A stretch of DNA of 42,328 nucleotides from IMG/VR virus record IMGVR_UViG_3300042910_000004; one strand, given 5' to 3'. A model generated the notes under the pieces. The model searched no databases. It was not told where the DNA came from and worked only from the letters and a program-made list of their open reading frames with translations. Positions 12,793 to 22,552 of the stretch are shown piece after piece. This DNA is from a virus. Positions within the stretch are counted from its first letter, which is position 1. Every line of letters starts with the position of its first letter. The translations under genes were made by a program, and so were the position numbers.

Positions 12793-14910
12793 TTATCGAC
12801 CAAAAATTTCATTAAATTTTTTAATCGTATTCAAATCTGCTGTTCCAGTTACTAATAACCCATAATTTTTTTGAAAATCTCTAACGGCTTGACGGGTAAT
12901 GCCTCCATAATAGCCCGTACACTCTTGATTAGCAGGAAAATATCCTAACCATTGAAGACCAATTTGAAGTTTTACTACTTCTGATCCTCTATCTCCTACA
13001 TTGAGATAATTAGCATTTATAAACATCTTTGGTTTATTAATCTTTTGAGGTTCGTATTTGAAATCAACAAGATAAACTCCCAAAACAACTCCATTTTTAA
13101 ATTGTTCTTCGTTGATAATTCCTAATCCATTAATACCCCAATCATCTCTTCCCCAAGAATTTTGAAAAATTAATGCTTTTTTGCCATTGTAAAGAGTATA
13201 ATCAGTTGCACAGTTATGTACCGCAACATTTTCTGCCATATAAGAATTATCATTTTCAACTTCCAAATTGAAAACTTTTCCGACATATTTTATTTTTTCT
13301 ATCTTTTTTATTCTTTTTAATTCACCTATTTTGTGATAAAAGTTCCTCGTTTTTATTTTATTGGCATATGGGGAAATGAGAAAATCGAATCCTCCACTAC
13401 TTTTAATTCTTCTCGTTATGTTATGGGCTGGTTTTCTATGAAAGACACTATAAACCATATTTAGTTTTTGCAAAATAAGTTGTATCTGTAATGCTAATTT
13501 TTCATCTGAAGTAAAAAGTCTCCAATAAATATTTTGATTTTTATTTCCTATTTGAATGGAACCATCTCCATCTATCCATCCTTCTAATAATGACCTTAGG
13601 ACATCTTTAGGTGAGTTAAAAATAATTCTATAATCTAATCTTTTTTTGTTGGGCCTTCCAGCAATTTTAGCAAACCAATTCGCTATTTTTGTGCTATAAA
13701 AAATAACCTGAACTGCTTTATTCCTTGGGGAATAATAAAATTTGGGTTCTAAATTAAATTTACTTTTCATTATTCGAACAACCTTCTCTATTATTTTACT
13801 ATCTTTTTCTCTATTTAAAGAAAATCTAACAGCAGCAAATCCTTTATAATACTTTCCGTTCACAAAATTCCTTTTCAGATTACCATCTGCCAAATAAAGA
13901 CCTACTAAATAAGCAATATCTTCATCAAATAAAGCATAATTTCTATCTAATTGGGTTATTGGAGAAGTAAAATTTGCCAACAAAAAGTCTTTTATTTTCA
14001 AATCTTCGGCTTTTTTCCACATAAATCCCCTTGAGATAGCATAATCCTTTCTTACATATTGAGAACCATTTATAACATAAAAAGGATGTTCTGGGGTTGC
14101 TAAAATGGGTCTTATTTGATTCTTGGCATATATTTTAAATAAATAACCCTCATAATCTCTTTCTAAAACCCTACTAACCCTTTGCCATCTTCCTTTGTGC
14201 GTTAAAACATAATCACCTGCTTTAATTTCAGTTATTTTTTTATAACCATTCTTTGTGAGAATTAATGTATCTGGATGGAAACAAATAGCATGTCCGAATA
14301 TTCCGTTTTTATCCAAAACTACTTCAGGTTTAGAAAATCCTCCTTGATTAAATCTCACCCCTAAAAGAATTCCCTTTTTTGTTTGCTCTATTATCCCAGC
14401 AATTACATCAATATCGAGTGGAAGAAAAACATAAGAATTTGCCTTATAAATTTGTGCTACCCATCTAACATTAGGAGTTTCATCATCTCTCCTTCTCATT
14501 GCGTTTTCATTTAATCCTATAGATGGCATCTGCTGTTCTAAACAGGTTCCTTCTTTTCTGGCAATTTCTAAAGCCTGTAGATAATACATTCCTCCATCTG
14601 GTTCAACATATCCACGAGAATAAATAAATCTTGCAGATAAAATCTCAAATTTCCCCTCTTCTAAATAGTTTTCTATCCCAAGAGCAAGAGCAAGTGAATG
14701 AGCAACGCAACTTCCCGATGTTGATTGGTTTCTAATTGGTTCAAATTTTCTCCATTCTGATGGTTTTTTCTCAATCCAATTAGGAGATGGATATGATTTA
14801 AAGATTTCTTCTGTGTGATAATTTCTTTCGTCAAGTTGTTCTCTTTCATCTCCAACCCATCCATAACCAAATTGCTCTTTTCTCAAAAATCTTTTGAAAA
14901 ATTTCCACAT
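12793..14910 (-). CDS. Endolysin: papain-like (C1) cysteine peptidase plus PG_binding_1 domain, interrupted by an intein
   Basis: QSTSGSCVAHS (Cys motif); GHAI (His motif); NSWGRDDWG after the intein; C-terminal GDRGSEVVKLQIGLQWLGY...ITRQAVRDFQ. Holin close by. Confidence 0.8.
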   Translation of the reverse strand: MWKFFKRFLRKEQFGYGWVGDEREQLDERNYHTEEIFKSYPSPNWIEKKPSEWRKFEPIRNQSTSGSCVAHSLALALGIENYLEEGKFEILSARFIYSRGYVEPDGGMYYLQALEIARKEGTCLEQQMPSIGLNENAMRRRDDETPNVRWVAQIYKANSYVFLPLDIDVIAGIIEQTKKGILLGVRFNQGGFSKPEVVLDKNGIFGHAICFHPDTLILTKNGYKKITEIKAGDYVLTHKGRWQRVSRVLERDYEGYLFKIYAKNQIRPILATPEHPFYVINGSQYVRKDYAISRGFMWKKAEDLKIKDFLLANFTSPITQLDRNYALFDEDIAYLVGLYLADGNLKRNFVNGKYYKGFAAVRFSLNREKDSKIIEKVVRIMKSKFNLEPKFYYSPRNKAVQVIFYSTKIANWFAKIAGRPNKKRLDYRIIFNSPKDVLRSLLEGWIDGDGSIQIGNKNQNIYWRLFTSDEKLALQIQLILQKLNMVYSVFHRKPAHNITRRIKSSGGFDFLISPYANKIKTRNFYHKIGELKRIKKIEKIKYVGKVFNLEVENDNSYMAENVAVHNCATDYTLYNGKKALIFQNSWGRDDWGINGLGIINEEQFKNGVVLGVYLVDFKYEPQKINKPKMFINANYLNVGDRGSEVVKLQIGLQWLGYFPANQECTGYYGGITRQAVRDFQKNYGLLVTGTADLNTIKKFNEIFGR
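13213..14283 (-). mobile_element. Intein with LAGLIDADG homing endonuclease (357 aa, residues 210-566 of the lysin ORF)
   Basis: Begins CFHPDTLILT, has TPEH, LVGLYLADGN and LLEGWIDGDGS, and ends NVAVHN followed by a +1 Cys. The codons at both junctions were checked on the sequence. Confidence 0.85.
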
Positions 14911-14931
14911 TATTTAAATTTTACAAATTAT

Positions 14932-15390
14932 TTATTCTTTCTCCAATATTTTCTTTAATTTTAGCAAAAATTCGTCTAAAGCAGAAAAAGATTTTTCTTC
15001 GTTAGAGCTAAAATTAAGATTTCCTAAACCAAAATATTCTTTCACAAATTCAAATCTTTCGGGAATATTGTTTTTGTAACTTCTATTTAAAACCATATCT
15101 AATTGCCAATGAAAACCATTAAAAACAATTTTCTTTGTATTTTCAAATGCTTTTTGAAAGGCTTCTTCTAATGTTTCTCCTGCTCCCGTAACCACTGCTA
15201 CATTATAGTCATAATTGGCAGTTTCTAATCCTTTAGAAGTCTTTTTGACGTCCCATAACCAAATATCTTTGTCAAATCCTTCTGGCAAAATAATATCTTC
15301 TGATTTAATTTTATCTCTAGGTTGCCCAAATACTGCTACTCTAAAAATTCTAAATGAAGCTCCAAATCTTTTACATTCTTTAGGGGTCAT
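14932..15390 (-). CDS. PurD (GARS) C-domain-like protein, second part of a split ATP-grasp enzyme
   Basis: NVAVVTGAGETLEEAFQKAFENTKKIVFNGFHWQLDM parallels PurD GGRVLCVTALGHTVAEAQKRAY...CFCRKDIG. Confidence 0.6.
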   Translation of the reverse strand: MTPKECKRFGASFRIFRVAVFGQPRDKIKSEDIILPEGFDKDIWLWDVKKTSKGLETANYDYNVAVVTGAGETLEEAFQKAFENTKKIVFNGFHWQLDMVLNRSYKNNIPERFEFVKEYFGLGNLNFSSNEEKSFSALDEFLLKLKKILEKE

Positions 15391-16435
15391 AAATATCTTC
15401 TCCCCTCAAAAGTTTTTCAAAATAATAGCCAACAGAAGGAAGGGTAGAAAGTTCGGTAAATAAAGCGTTATAGCCAGGTCTTATACAATACTCAGTAAAA
15501 AAGAAGCCTTTTTTCTTTTTATCATAAATAGTTCCAGCATCCCATATAGTTAATTCATTTTCTCTCAGCATTTCTTTTTCTAAAGGCCTAAGAAAAGCAT
15601 CATAAATTCTTTCCCCCTCTTCTTTGGTAAGCCAAAAAATAACGTCTGCTGTTGCTCCAGTCTGCCCTCCATATCCTCTGTTTCCAGGAGCATAATTTTT
15701 AATTTCAATGTCAATATTCATCCCTCTTACAATTTTGTTGAAACTGATTGCTTCTGGCGTAAATTCTAATATATCAGTTAACTTTTCTTGTAAATCAAAG
15801 CCTTCTGCTTCATAAAGTTTTTTATTCATTTCCAAAGCATTGATAATCTCCAATTTTGCTATTTCTGGTTCATCAGAAATAGGGACAATAGTTGGGGCAT
15901 CTGGATGATTACCTTTTAAAACCCAGCATTTGTCGGTTGCTTCTAAAAATTTTTTTGCCTCTTCTATAGTTTGGAACTCATAATGTTCTTTCTTTGAAAA
16001 TATTTCATACCTTTCTTCAACTAATTTTTGCGATTTTTCCCTATCTTCTTCTAATTCCCAGTCTTCTTTGTGAGGTAATAGTCCCCTAAAGCCTGCCTTT
16101 CTTAATTCTTCAGCATATTGCCACATAAAAGGAAAGTCAAAAATTATAAAGTATCTATCTTTGTTTTTGACTTTAAGCAGAGCATTAAATAATTCTTTAC
16201 CACTTTTTTTATCTAACAAACCATCATAAAGAGACATCCTTTGTTCCTTTTCCTTTTCTTCTTCTCCTTTACCCTCCAAATGATAAAATTGCCCTACATA
16301 GACCTTGTAGCCTTCTTCTTGTAATCTAAAAGCGACAGGTAATCCATGCCCATCATATGTAAATAAGACAAAGATTGGTTCTGGATTTAACAATCTGAGA
16401 TTTATTTGTTGTTTTGTTTGTGTTTCAATTTCCAT
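15380..16435 (-). CDS. PurD-like ATP-grasp protein (N and A domains)
   Basis: CWVLKGNH, EFTPEAISFN, DIEIKNYAPGNRGYGGQTGA and IWDAGTIYDKKKKGFFFTEYCIRPGYN align in order with PurD motifs. Confidence 0.6.
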   Translation of the reverse strand: MEIETQTKQQINLRLLNPEPIFVLFTYDGHGLPVAFRLQEEGYKVYVGQFYHLEGKGEEEKEKEQRMSLYDGLLDKKSGKELFNALLKVKNKDRYFIIFDFPFMWQYAEELRKAGFRGLLPHKEDWELEEDREKSQKLVEERYEIFSKKEHYEFQTIEEAKKFLEATDKCWVLKGNHPDAPTIVPISDEPEIAKLEIINALEMNKKLYEAEGFDLQEKLTDILEFTPEAISFNKIVRGMNIDIEIKNYAPGNRGYGGQTGATADVIFWLTKEEGERIYDAFLRPLEKEMLRENELTIWDAGTIYDKKKKGFFFTEYCIRPGYNALFTELSTLPSVGYYFEKLLRGEDIYDP

Positions 16436-19400
16436 TATTCTTCCAAATCAGGGTGAGATAATACTTCGTATAAAGAATTCCATCTTTCAATTAAGTATGA
16501 CCTTTTTGTTTTTTCGCTCCTTCTCAAGAGATAATCTTGTATCTTTAACTCATTTATCCTTCTTAAAATTTCTTCCCTTTTCTCTTTGTCTTTAATTTTT
16601 TTTGCTTTTGCTTCTAAATACCTTAATTTTGTTGATGTTCTATCGAGATATTGAGCTATTCTCGAGGGAGTTGTAGGGTAATTAGGAGTAGTTTCAGCTT
16701 CTTTAATAATCTTCCATACGGTTTCCCAATCATCTTTAACTATTGCCCTTCCAATTCTTTCAAAAATCTCATTTTCGGCTTCTGTAAGTTCTTTTGCCTC
16801 TCTGTAAATAGCAGAATTTAAGAAAACTCCAGGCTCAAGATATCTTGTTGCCATTAATGTGCCACGAACATCAGCTTGCTCTTTTACGAATGCTTTTCCT
16901 ACTTCAAACAAAGCATTAATCCAGCCTTTAGGATTTGTATATCCGTATTCTTCTAAAATATCTGTCATCATCTCATAACCTTCTGCCTGCATTAATGGCA
17001 AAATAGGAGACAAAAATGTTCTTTCCGCTAAATATCTCATTTGAATTTCTGCTTCATAACTTGTTCCCTTGAGTTGTTCAGGAACTATTTGCTTACCAGT
17101 AAAGAAGTCTTTATTTGCTTGAATGGAAATAAAAGCCTGAATTACAGGGTTAAGCATTGATAGAACCTTACCAGTAATGTGGGCTCCTTCTCCAAAAATA
17201 AGTTTTTTTGCTGCTCCTTCAGCATCTAATCTTCCATTTTTGAAATCATCAAAAACTCTTATCCAATGGCTCCAACCAATCAAATCAATAGCAGTATGAA
17301 AAGGATGAACAATCCTAAAAATTATAGGAATTCCTTTCTTTTCATCAATACCAGCAATTATAGTAATTGCTCCATATTTATAAAATGGAGGTAAATTATC
17401 ATAAATTTGAGATATTTGTTCATTTCTGTGGTTCCAAACATAAGTTGCAGCATACATTCCTCCAAGCATTGCTGGAATAATTAATGCTCCTTCTTTTGTA
17501 GTAATATAACGAGCATAACTATCTAATCTTGCTACATACCAATAGCTAAATGGAAAGAGAAATTCTCCAAACCATTTTCTAAAAGCTTGGGGCCTTATCG
17601 AGTAATCCACATGTATCCAGTTTCCATAATCAATAATAGCATCTAACCAAAATTCTTTGTCTCGAGCCAATTTTTTGATATATTCTGGAGCTCCCCTGAA
17701 AATTGGAGTTTCTCCCTTTTCAACCCTTACTAGATTATCAATAATTGAGGCTACTCTTGGGGTTGCTTCTCTGACAGCATTGAGATATTCAATCCAATCT
17801 CTAAAGTTTTTCCATACTTCTCCCCACTGAAATTCTTTTAGGCTGTTCATAACTTCTCTAAACCTTGCTCCTTCACCTAAATAAGGATAAAGTTCTAATT
17901 CTGTGGAAATTGTTCCTAAAATTCCACTTTGTCTAATTTTCGAAAGGAAAAATTCTCTAAATTCTTCTCTTGTCATACCTGCTTTTTCGGCTAATCTACC
18001 TTCTGGGATGCCATAAGCTTCCAAAGTCCCTATTTCCCCTCTAATTAAATCACTCATAAATTTCTGTGCTTTTGACATTTGCTTTATTGCTTCTGGATGA
18101 AACATTACTAGACCCCCTAAAAAGTCACCAATGAAGTTATTAATCATAAACCTCAAGGGAAAGCCAACAGTTACATAGATTTTCCACCAATGAGTGAATT
18201 TTTTAAGAGGATTGGCCCAACTTGCTTGATTAAAACCATATATTTCGTTCTCAAGAAATTTGATAGTTTGAGCTAAATTATGAGGAAGTAAATAGTATCT
18301 TTGTCTCAAAAATGCCCTTGAATCAGGGGGTAAAATCTCTGAAACGATATCTACAATTTTTGAAGCTTCTGGGTCTCCTAATTTAGATCTTAAAATTCTG
18401 TTCGTGTCCCAAAGCTGAACATATTCAGTTTTATAGGTTTGTCTTATATAATCGGCAACTTCTTTAGGCAAATATTCAATACTTATTGGCCTTTCAAAAC
18501 CCAATTGATGAACTTCAGGATTTTGTAAAAACTTTTCGATTTCCTTTCTTGTGCCTCTTTCTCCATAAAACCTTTTGAAAACATTAAAAACATCGTATCT
18601 TTTTGCCAAAGAATCAGCAGTTTCTATTAGGGTTTGCCAATAATTAGCTTGAAAAAGCATAGTTCTCCAAAGGAATAAGGGGTCGTCAATATGTTTATAA
18701 AAGCCTCCTATCCTTTGATAAGCAAAAAAGGGCTTGAAATATTTCATAAGACGAGGGTAAAGATTATTTAAATAACCCCTCTCAACCATATCTCCAAAGA
18801 TTTCCATAGAAATGTGAGGATAGTAAATGTTCCAAAAACTCCATTCTCTTTGATGAGGGACAATTCTATTTAACTCCTTAAGAACATTTACCCAGTCTTC
18901 TAACATTCCATTTCGTGAAAGATTGTTTATAATTTTGTCTTCGTATTTTTCTTTAAAACCAGGTTCCATACGCTCCAAAACATCTCCTAAATGGTCTGTA
19001 AATTCCTTCCATATTCTTGCAAAATCTTTTCCATAACCATCAAGAGTTTTTAAAGAATTTAAGAATTTTCCTAAAAGTTCTTTTGGTTCTCCTTCTAATG
19101 GATGAGTTAGTCCCATACTTTTGACAAGAGCAGCATCACCATATCTCCAAAAGTTATTGAAGAGTTCCTTGGCCTTTTCAGGATTTTGGACGAAATATAG
19201 GGCTCTTTGTTCTACCGTGTCTAAAGCTTTAATTAACGAATCAGTAAATGCTCCTCCGTTAATAAGTTTGTAATAAACATTTAAAGCAGGGAAAGTATTT
19301 CTTATTTCCATAGAAGCAAATCTCCCCAAAATCAAATCAAACCAACTTCTTACTTTTACAGCTTTATCAACAGCAGCCAATTTCTCTCCTATGATTTTTT

Positions 19401-19473
19401 CGGGGTTTATTTCTAGTTTTGAAGCAACTTTTTGTGTGACTTTTTGTAAAAATTCTCCTAGCGGGAGTGGCAT
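16435..19473 (-). CDS. Large virion/ejection-type protein (1012 aa) with hydrophobic segments
   Basis: Very long ORF in the late operon; TM-like stretches such as WWKIYVTVGFPLRFMINNFIGDFLGGLVMF. Confidence 0.6.
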   Translation of the reverse strand: MPLPLGEFLQKVTQKVASKLEINPEKIIGEKLAAVDKAVKVRSWFDLILGRFASMEIRNTFPALNVYYKLINGGAFTDSLIKALDTVEQRALYFVQNPEKAKELFNNFWRYGDAALVKSMGLTHPLEGEPKELLGKFLNSLKTLDGYGKDFARIWKEFTDHLGDVLERMEPGFKEKYEDKIINNLSRNGMLEDWVNVLKELNRIVPHQREWSFWNIYYPHISMEIFGDMVERGYLNNLYPRLMKYFKPFFAYQRIGGFYKHIDDPLFLWRTMLFQANYWQTLIETADSLAKRYDVFNVFKRFYGERGTRKEIEKFLQNPEVHQLGFERPISIEYLPKEVADYIRQTYKTEYVQLWDTNRILRSKLGDPEASKIVDIVSEILPPDSRAFLRQRYYLLPHNLAQTIKFLENEIYGFNQASWANPLKKFTHWWKIYVTVGFPLRFMINNFIGDFLGGLVMFHPEAIKQMSKAQKFMSDLIRGEIGTLEAYGIPEGRLAEKAGMTREEFREFFLSKIRQSGILGTISTELELYPYLGEGARFREVMNSLKEFQWGEVWKNFRDWIEYLNAVREATPRVASIIDNLVRVEKGETPIFRGAPEYIKKLARDKEFWLDAIIDYGNWIHVDYSIRPQAFRKWFGEFLFPFSYWYVARLDSYARYITTKEGALIIPAMLGGMYAATYVWNHRNEQISQIYDNLPPFYKYGAITIIAGIDEKKGIPIIFRIVHPFHTAIDLIGWSHWIRVFDDFKNGRLDAEGAAKKLIFGEGAHITGKVLSMLNPVIQAFISIQANKDFFTGKQIVPEQLKGTSYEAEIQMRYLAERTFLSPILPLMQAEGYEMMTDILEEYGYTNPKGWINALFEVGKAFVKEQADVRGTLMATRYLEPGVFLNSAIYREAKELTEAENEIFERIGRAIVKDDWETVWKIIKEAETTPNYPTTPSRIAQYLDRTSTKLRYLEAKAKKIKDKEKREEILRRINELKIQDYLLRRSEKTKRSYLIERWNSLYEVLSHPDLEE

Positions 19474-19491
19474 AGTTTTAAAGGGTTATTA

Positions 19492-22400
19492 TTAATCTCG
19501 CCAAATTAATGGGTCTTTTAAAAGTTCAATAATTTCTTCTATACTTGGCCTTCTTCCTTTCATATTTTCGATGGTTTTGGCCGTATATTTGAGCCATAGA
19601 GCAAATTCTTTGGTTACAGGTATAGTCTCCTTTTCCCCTGTTAAGCTTACTAAATAAACCATTGTCCTTTCGCCTTCTTGGAATGTTTTAGTAGTATCTA
19701 TATCAAACATTTTACCCTTAAAAGTCAGAGGGAAAGAACCAACATCTGAAAGTTTTTTGGAAATTTTAGGCATAATTTGAGATAATTCGGTAATATTAAC
19801 CCGTGATAGGTTTTTAAAGGCTTCAATATTTTCAAGATAAGAAACTAATTTGTTATGGACTTCTTTTGATTTTTTACCCCAAAATTGTTCTAAAACTTTA
19901 AATGTTGGAGAAATTTCCAAATTAATCAGCGAAGTTACTTCAGATTTAGAAGCTTTTGTTAGCTCTTCTTCGGCTATTTCTCTTATTGCTTCTTTTGTTG
20001 CTTCTGTTGCCCTTACTAAATCGTGTTGATTAATCCTGAAAAATTGTTCTAAAAACTCTTTTTTAGAAACAAATGGGTCTATACCACCATTTCTTACTGT
20101 TGCTTCCATTCTCATTCTTAAAGCATCGTCTTGAAGAGCCCTTATGGCATTTATGAAATTGTCGACAGAATATTCTTTAGGCAAAGAAGGGATAGATTTT
20201 TTCAAAAAATTGTAAATAATCGGATATTGTTTGTCTAAAAACTCGGATAGGGTCCCGTTTATATAAGCACTAACATATCGACTGACAAAAAGAGTTTGTG
20301 CTTCCCTGCTATCAAAAACTCTATAAGCAAAGGATAAAAGTCTTTCTTCGTCTGTTATTCCTGAAGCAAGAACCCCCTTTAATAATCCTAATTTATCTGC
20401 ACTTGTTATTCTTTTTTCTCTATTTTCGGCTAATTTTTTGCCAACAAAACTATGCCTTCCCAAAAACTCAAATAAATCTTGACCGAGAGGGTCTACAGAC
20501 ATTCTATCAATCTTTTTTGCCAAATCAACAACCTCATCTAAAGCAGGTTGTTTTGATAGCCATTCTCTTATAGTTTCTATTCCTCCGTATCTCAAAAGTG
20601 TTTGGATATTATAAAGAAATTCTTGGGTTTTTTCTGGTATTTCTTCCCATTGAGCCAGTACTTCTCCATAGCGAGGACGAATTTCATTCTCAACAAACTT
20701 TTTAACATTTTCCATATTAGACCAATCAAAAACATTAGAAATTCTTTGTCCCAAAGTCTTTTCGATTTCTTGGGGTGCCTGTTTTACAACTTCCGCTACA
20801 TTTTTGATATTTAAATTCTCATCTAAATTAAACTTTATTCTTGAAGCTAATTCTTCTCCTTTTAACAACTCTATTTTTGCCTTTTCGCTAAAAATTTCTT
20901 TTATATCATCTGGTAATTGTTTCCATAAAGGAAGAAGTTCTTCGTCAAAAAGTTTAGTCAGTTTATCAAAAATAGCATTTCTTTTTTTCAAAATATCTCC
21001 AATTGTTTCTGTAGCCACATAACTTAAGGCTTCTAATAGTTCTGGCCTATTAAAAAGTTCATAAGCCAATTGTTGCCTCGTAGCATTACTAACTTTAGCA
21101 AAATCTTTTGGAGTTTCGTGAACAAATCCCATAACTTCTAGCCAATTTTTTAAAGCAGCAAAAGACCAAGATGGCATTGCTTGCCCCTCTTTACCAAAAA
21201 TTCTTTCTGCTATTTCGGGAATTAACTCGCCATAAAGTTCCCTTCTTAAAGTTTCATCTATACTTTCTATTGCTTTTATAAGTTTGGGAGCCAATTCTGG
21301 AATTTTATCTTTGACGGCTAATAATTCTTCAGGATTTTTGAATAAATATTGAAGCCCCAAATCATCTCCCAACATTTCAACAAACCTTTTTAGTTCTTTA
21401 ACATTACCCATAAATCTCTCAAAATTGTCTCCCAAAATACCCCTAACTTTTTGAAAATAAGAAAAATCTTTTAAGGCATCAAGGGCATCGTATAAAAACG
21501 CTATTTTTTCTGGAGTTGACTTCATAAAAGTATCCAAAGATTGTCTTAGAATGCCTAAGTTATAAAGGGTTTTTCCTATGTTCTCAGGGTCAAAATCGCT
21601 CATTTTCTCTAAAATTCCTCTAAGATGTAATCCTTCATTGACATCTTTAACAAATTCGTCAATTGTTCTTATTGCTTTTCTGGCAGTTTCATCGTCTATA
21701 GGTGTTCCAAAAATTTTTTCTGCCTCTTTTGCCAATGTTTCTACTCTCTTATCCATTAATCTCCAGGCTTGATATCTATTCCATCCTCTTGTAATGCCCC
21801 TTCCTATTAAAGTCATAGCAGGTCCAGCGGCGAAAATGGTAAATGGCAGTGCCCTAGCAGTTCCTTCAATCCAATCTGAAAGAGTTGGACTTTCCCCAGC
21901 CCATCTCATTTCTCTAACTGCGCTATAGCCAGCCCAAGGAGCCATTTCTAATCCTAATTTAAAACTATCCCAAATGAACTTATTAACATTACTTTTATGG
22001 AGCCACTTGTAAAACCCATCTCTAATTAAGGGATTGGTAATTTCCCTTTCAATAACTTTATCAATACCTAACCTTTCTAGAAATCCTAATGCTTTTACCC
22101 CTTTGCCAGCAAAGCCTAATATTCTTGCTCCTAAGGGAATTTGTGCTAAAAATCCCAACCCTTCCGCTAAGCCAGCAAGAGAAAGACCATAATCAGAAAT
22201 TAAAAATTTGTAAAGAGAGTTAATTACGGGAATATTAAGTTGCTTATACAATAAGCCTCCTTCTTTTTCGGCAATTTCAGGGGGAGGAGCATCATTGGAA
22301 TAAAGACCAAAGGTAAATGTTCCCAAAGCGTGATGCCATAATTTAGCCAACCAACCAGTCTTTTTCCATTTCTCAATATCTTGATTGATTTTTTGAAGTT

Positions 22401-22551
22401 GGTTTAAAACAGTCAAATCTTCTGGAGATAATTCAATACCATAATATCCCATCACGCTTGGGTCAAAACCAGTCATTTCAATCTGATTTTTGATAAACTC
22501 TTCCAATTTTCTTTGTCTAATAGGGTCAAGGGTTATTTCTTTTTCAGCCAT
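19492..22551 (-). CDS. Large virion/ejection-type protein (1019 aa)
   Basis: Very long ORF in the late operon; Gly/Ala-rich hydrophobic N-terminal region. Confidence 0.6.
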   Translation of the reverse strand: MAEKEITLDPIRQRKLEEFIKNQIEMTGFDPSVMGYYGIELSPEDLTVLNQLQKINQDIEKWKKTGWLAKLWHHALGTFTFGLYSNDAPPPEIAEKEGGLLYKQLNIPVINSLYKFLISDYGLSLAGLAEGLGFLAQIPLGARILGFAGKGVKALGFLERLGIDKVIEREITNPLIRDGFYKWLHKSNVNKFIWDSFKLGLEMAPWAGYSAVREMRWAGESPTLSDWIEGTARALPFTIFAAGPAMTLIGRGITRGWNRYQAWRLMDKRVETLAKEAEKIFGTPIDDETARKAIRTIDEFVKDVNEGLHLRGILEKMSDFDPENIGKTLYNLGILRQSLDTFMKSTPEKIAFLYDALDALKDFSYFQKVRGILGDNFERFMGNVKELKRFVEMLGDDLGLQYLFKNPEELLAVKDKIPELAPKLIKAIESIDETLRRELYGELIPEIAERIFGKEGQAMPSWSFAALKNWLEVMGFVHETPKDFAKVSNATRQQLAYELFNRPELLEALSYVATETIGDILKKRNAIFDKLTKLFDEELLPLWKQLPDDIKEIFSEKAKIELLKGEELASRIKFNLDENLNIKNVAEVVKQAPQEIEKTLGQRISNVFDWSNMENVKKFVENEIRPRYGEVLAQWEEIPEKTQEFLYNIQTLLRYGGIETIREWLSKQPALDEVVDLAKKIDRMSVDPLGQDLFEFLGRHSFVGKKLAENREKRITSADKLGLLKGVLASGITDEERLLSFAYRVFDSREAQTLFVSRYVSAYINGTLSEFLDKQYPIIYNFLKKSIPSLPKEYSVDNFINAIRALQDDALRMRMEATVRNGGIDPFVSKKEFLEQFFRINQHDLVRATEATKEAIREIAEEELTKASKSEVTSLINLEISPTFKVLEQFWGKKSKEVHNKLVSYLENIEAFKNLSRVNITELSQIMPKISKKLSDVGSFPLTFKGKMFDIDTTKTFQEGERTMVYLVSLTGEKETIPVTKEFALWLKYTAKTIENMKGRRPSIEEIIELLKDPLIWRD

Positions 22552-22552
22552 T

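Noticed and set aside
20298-21772. Plus-strand ORFs 20298-20573, 20602-20814, 20804-21022 and 21578-21772
   Set aside because: All are antisense to the uninterrupted 1019-aa gene, and their products are low-complexity.
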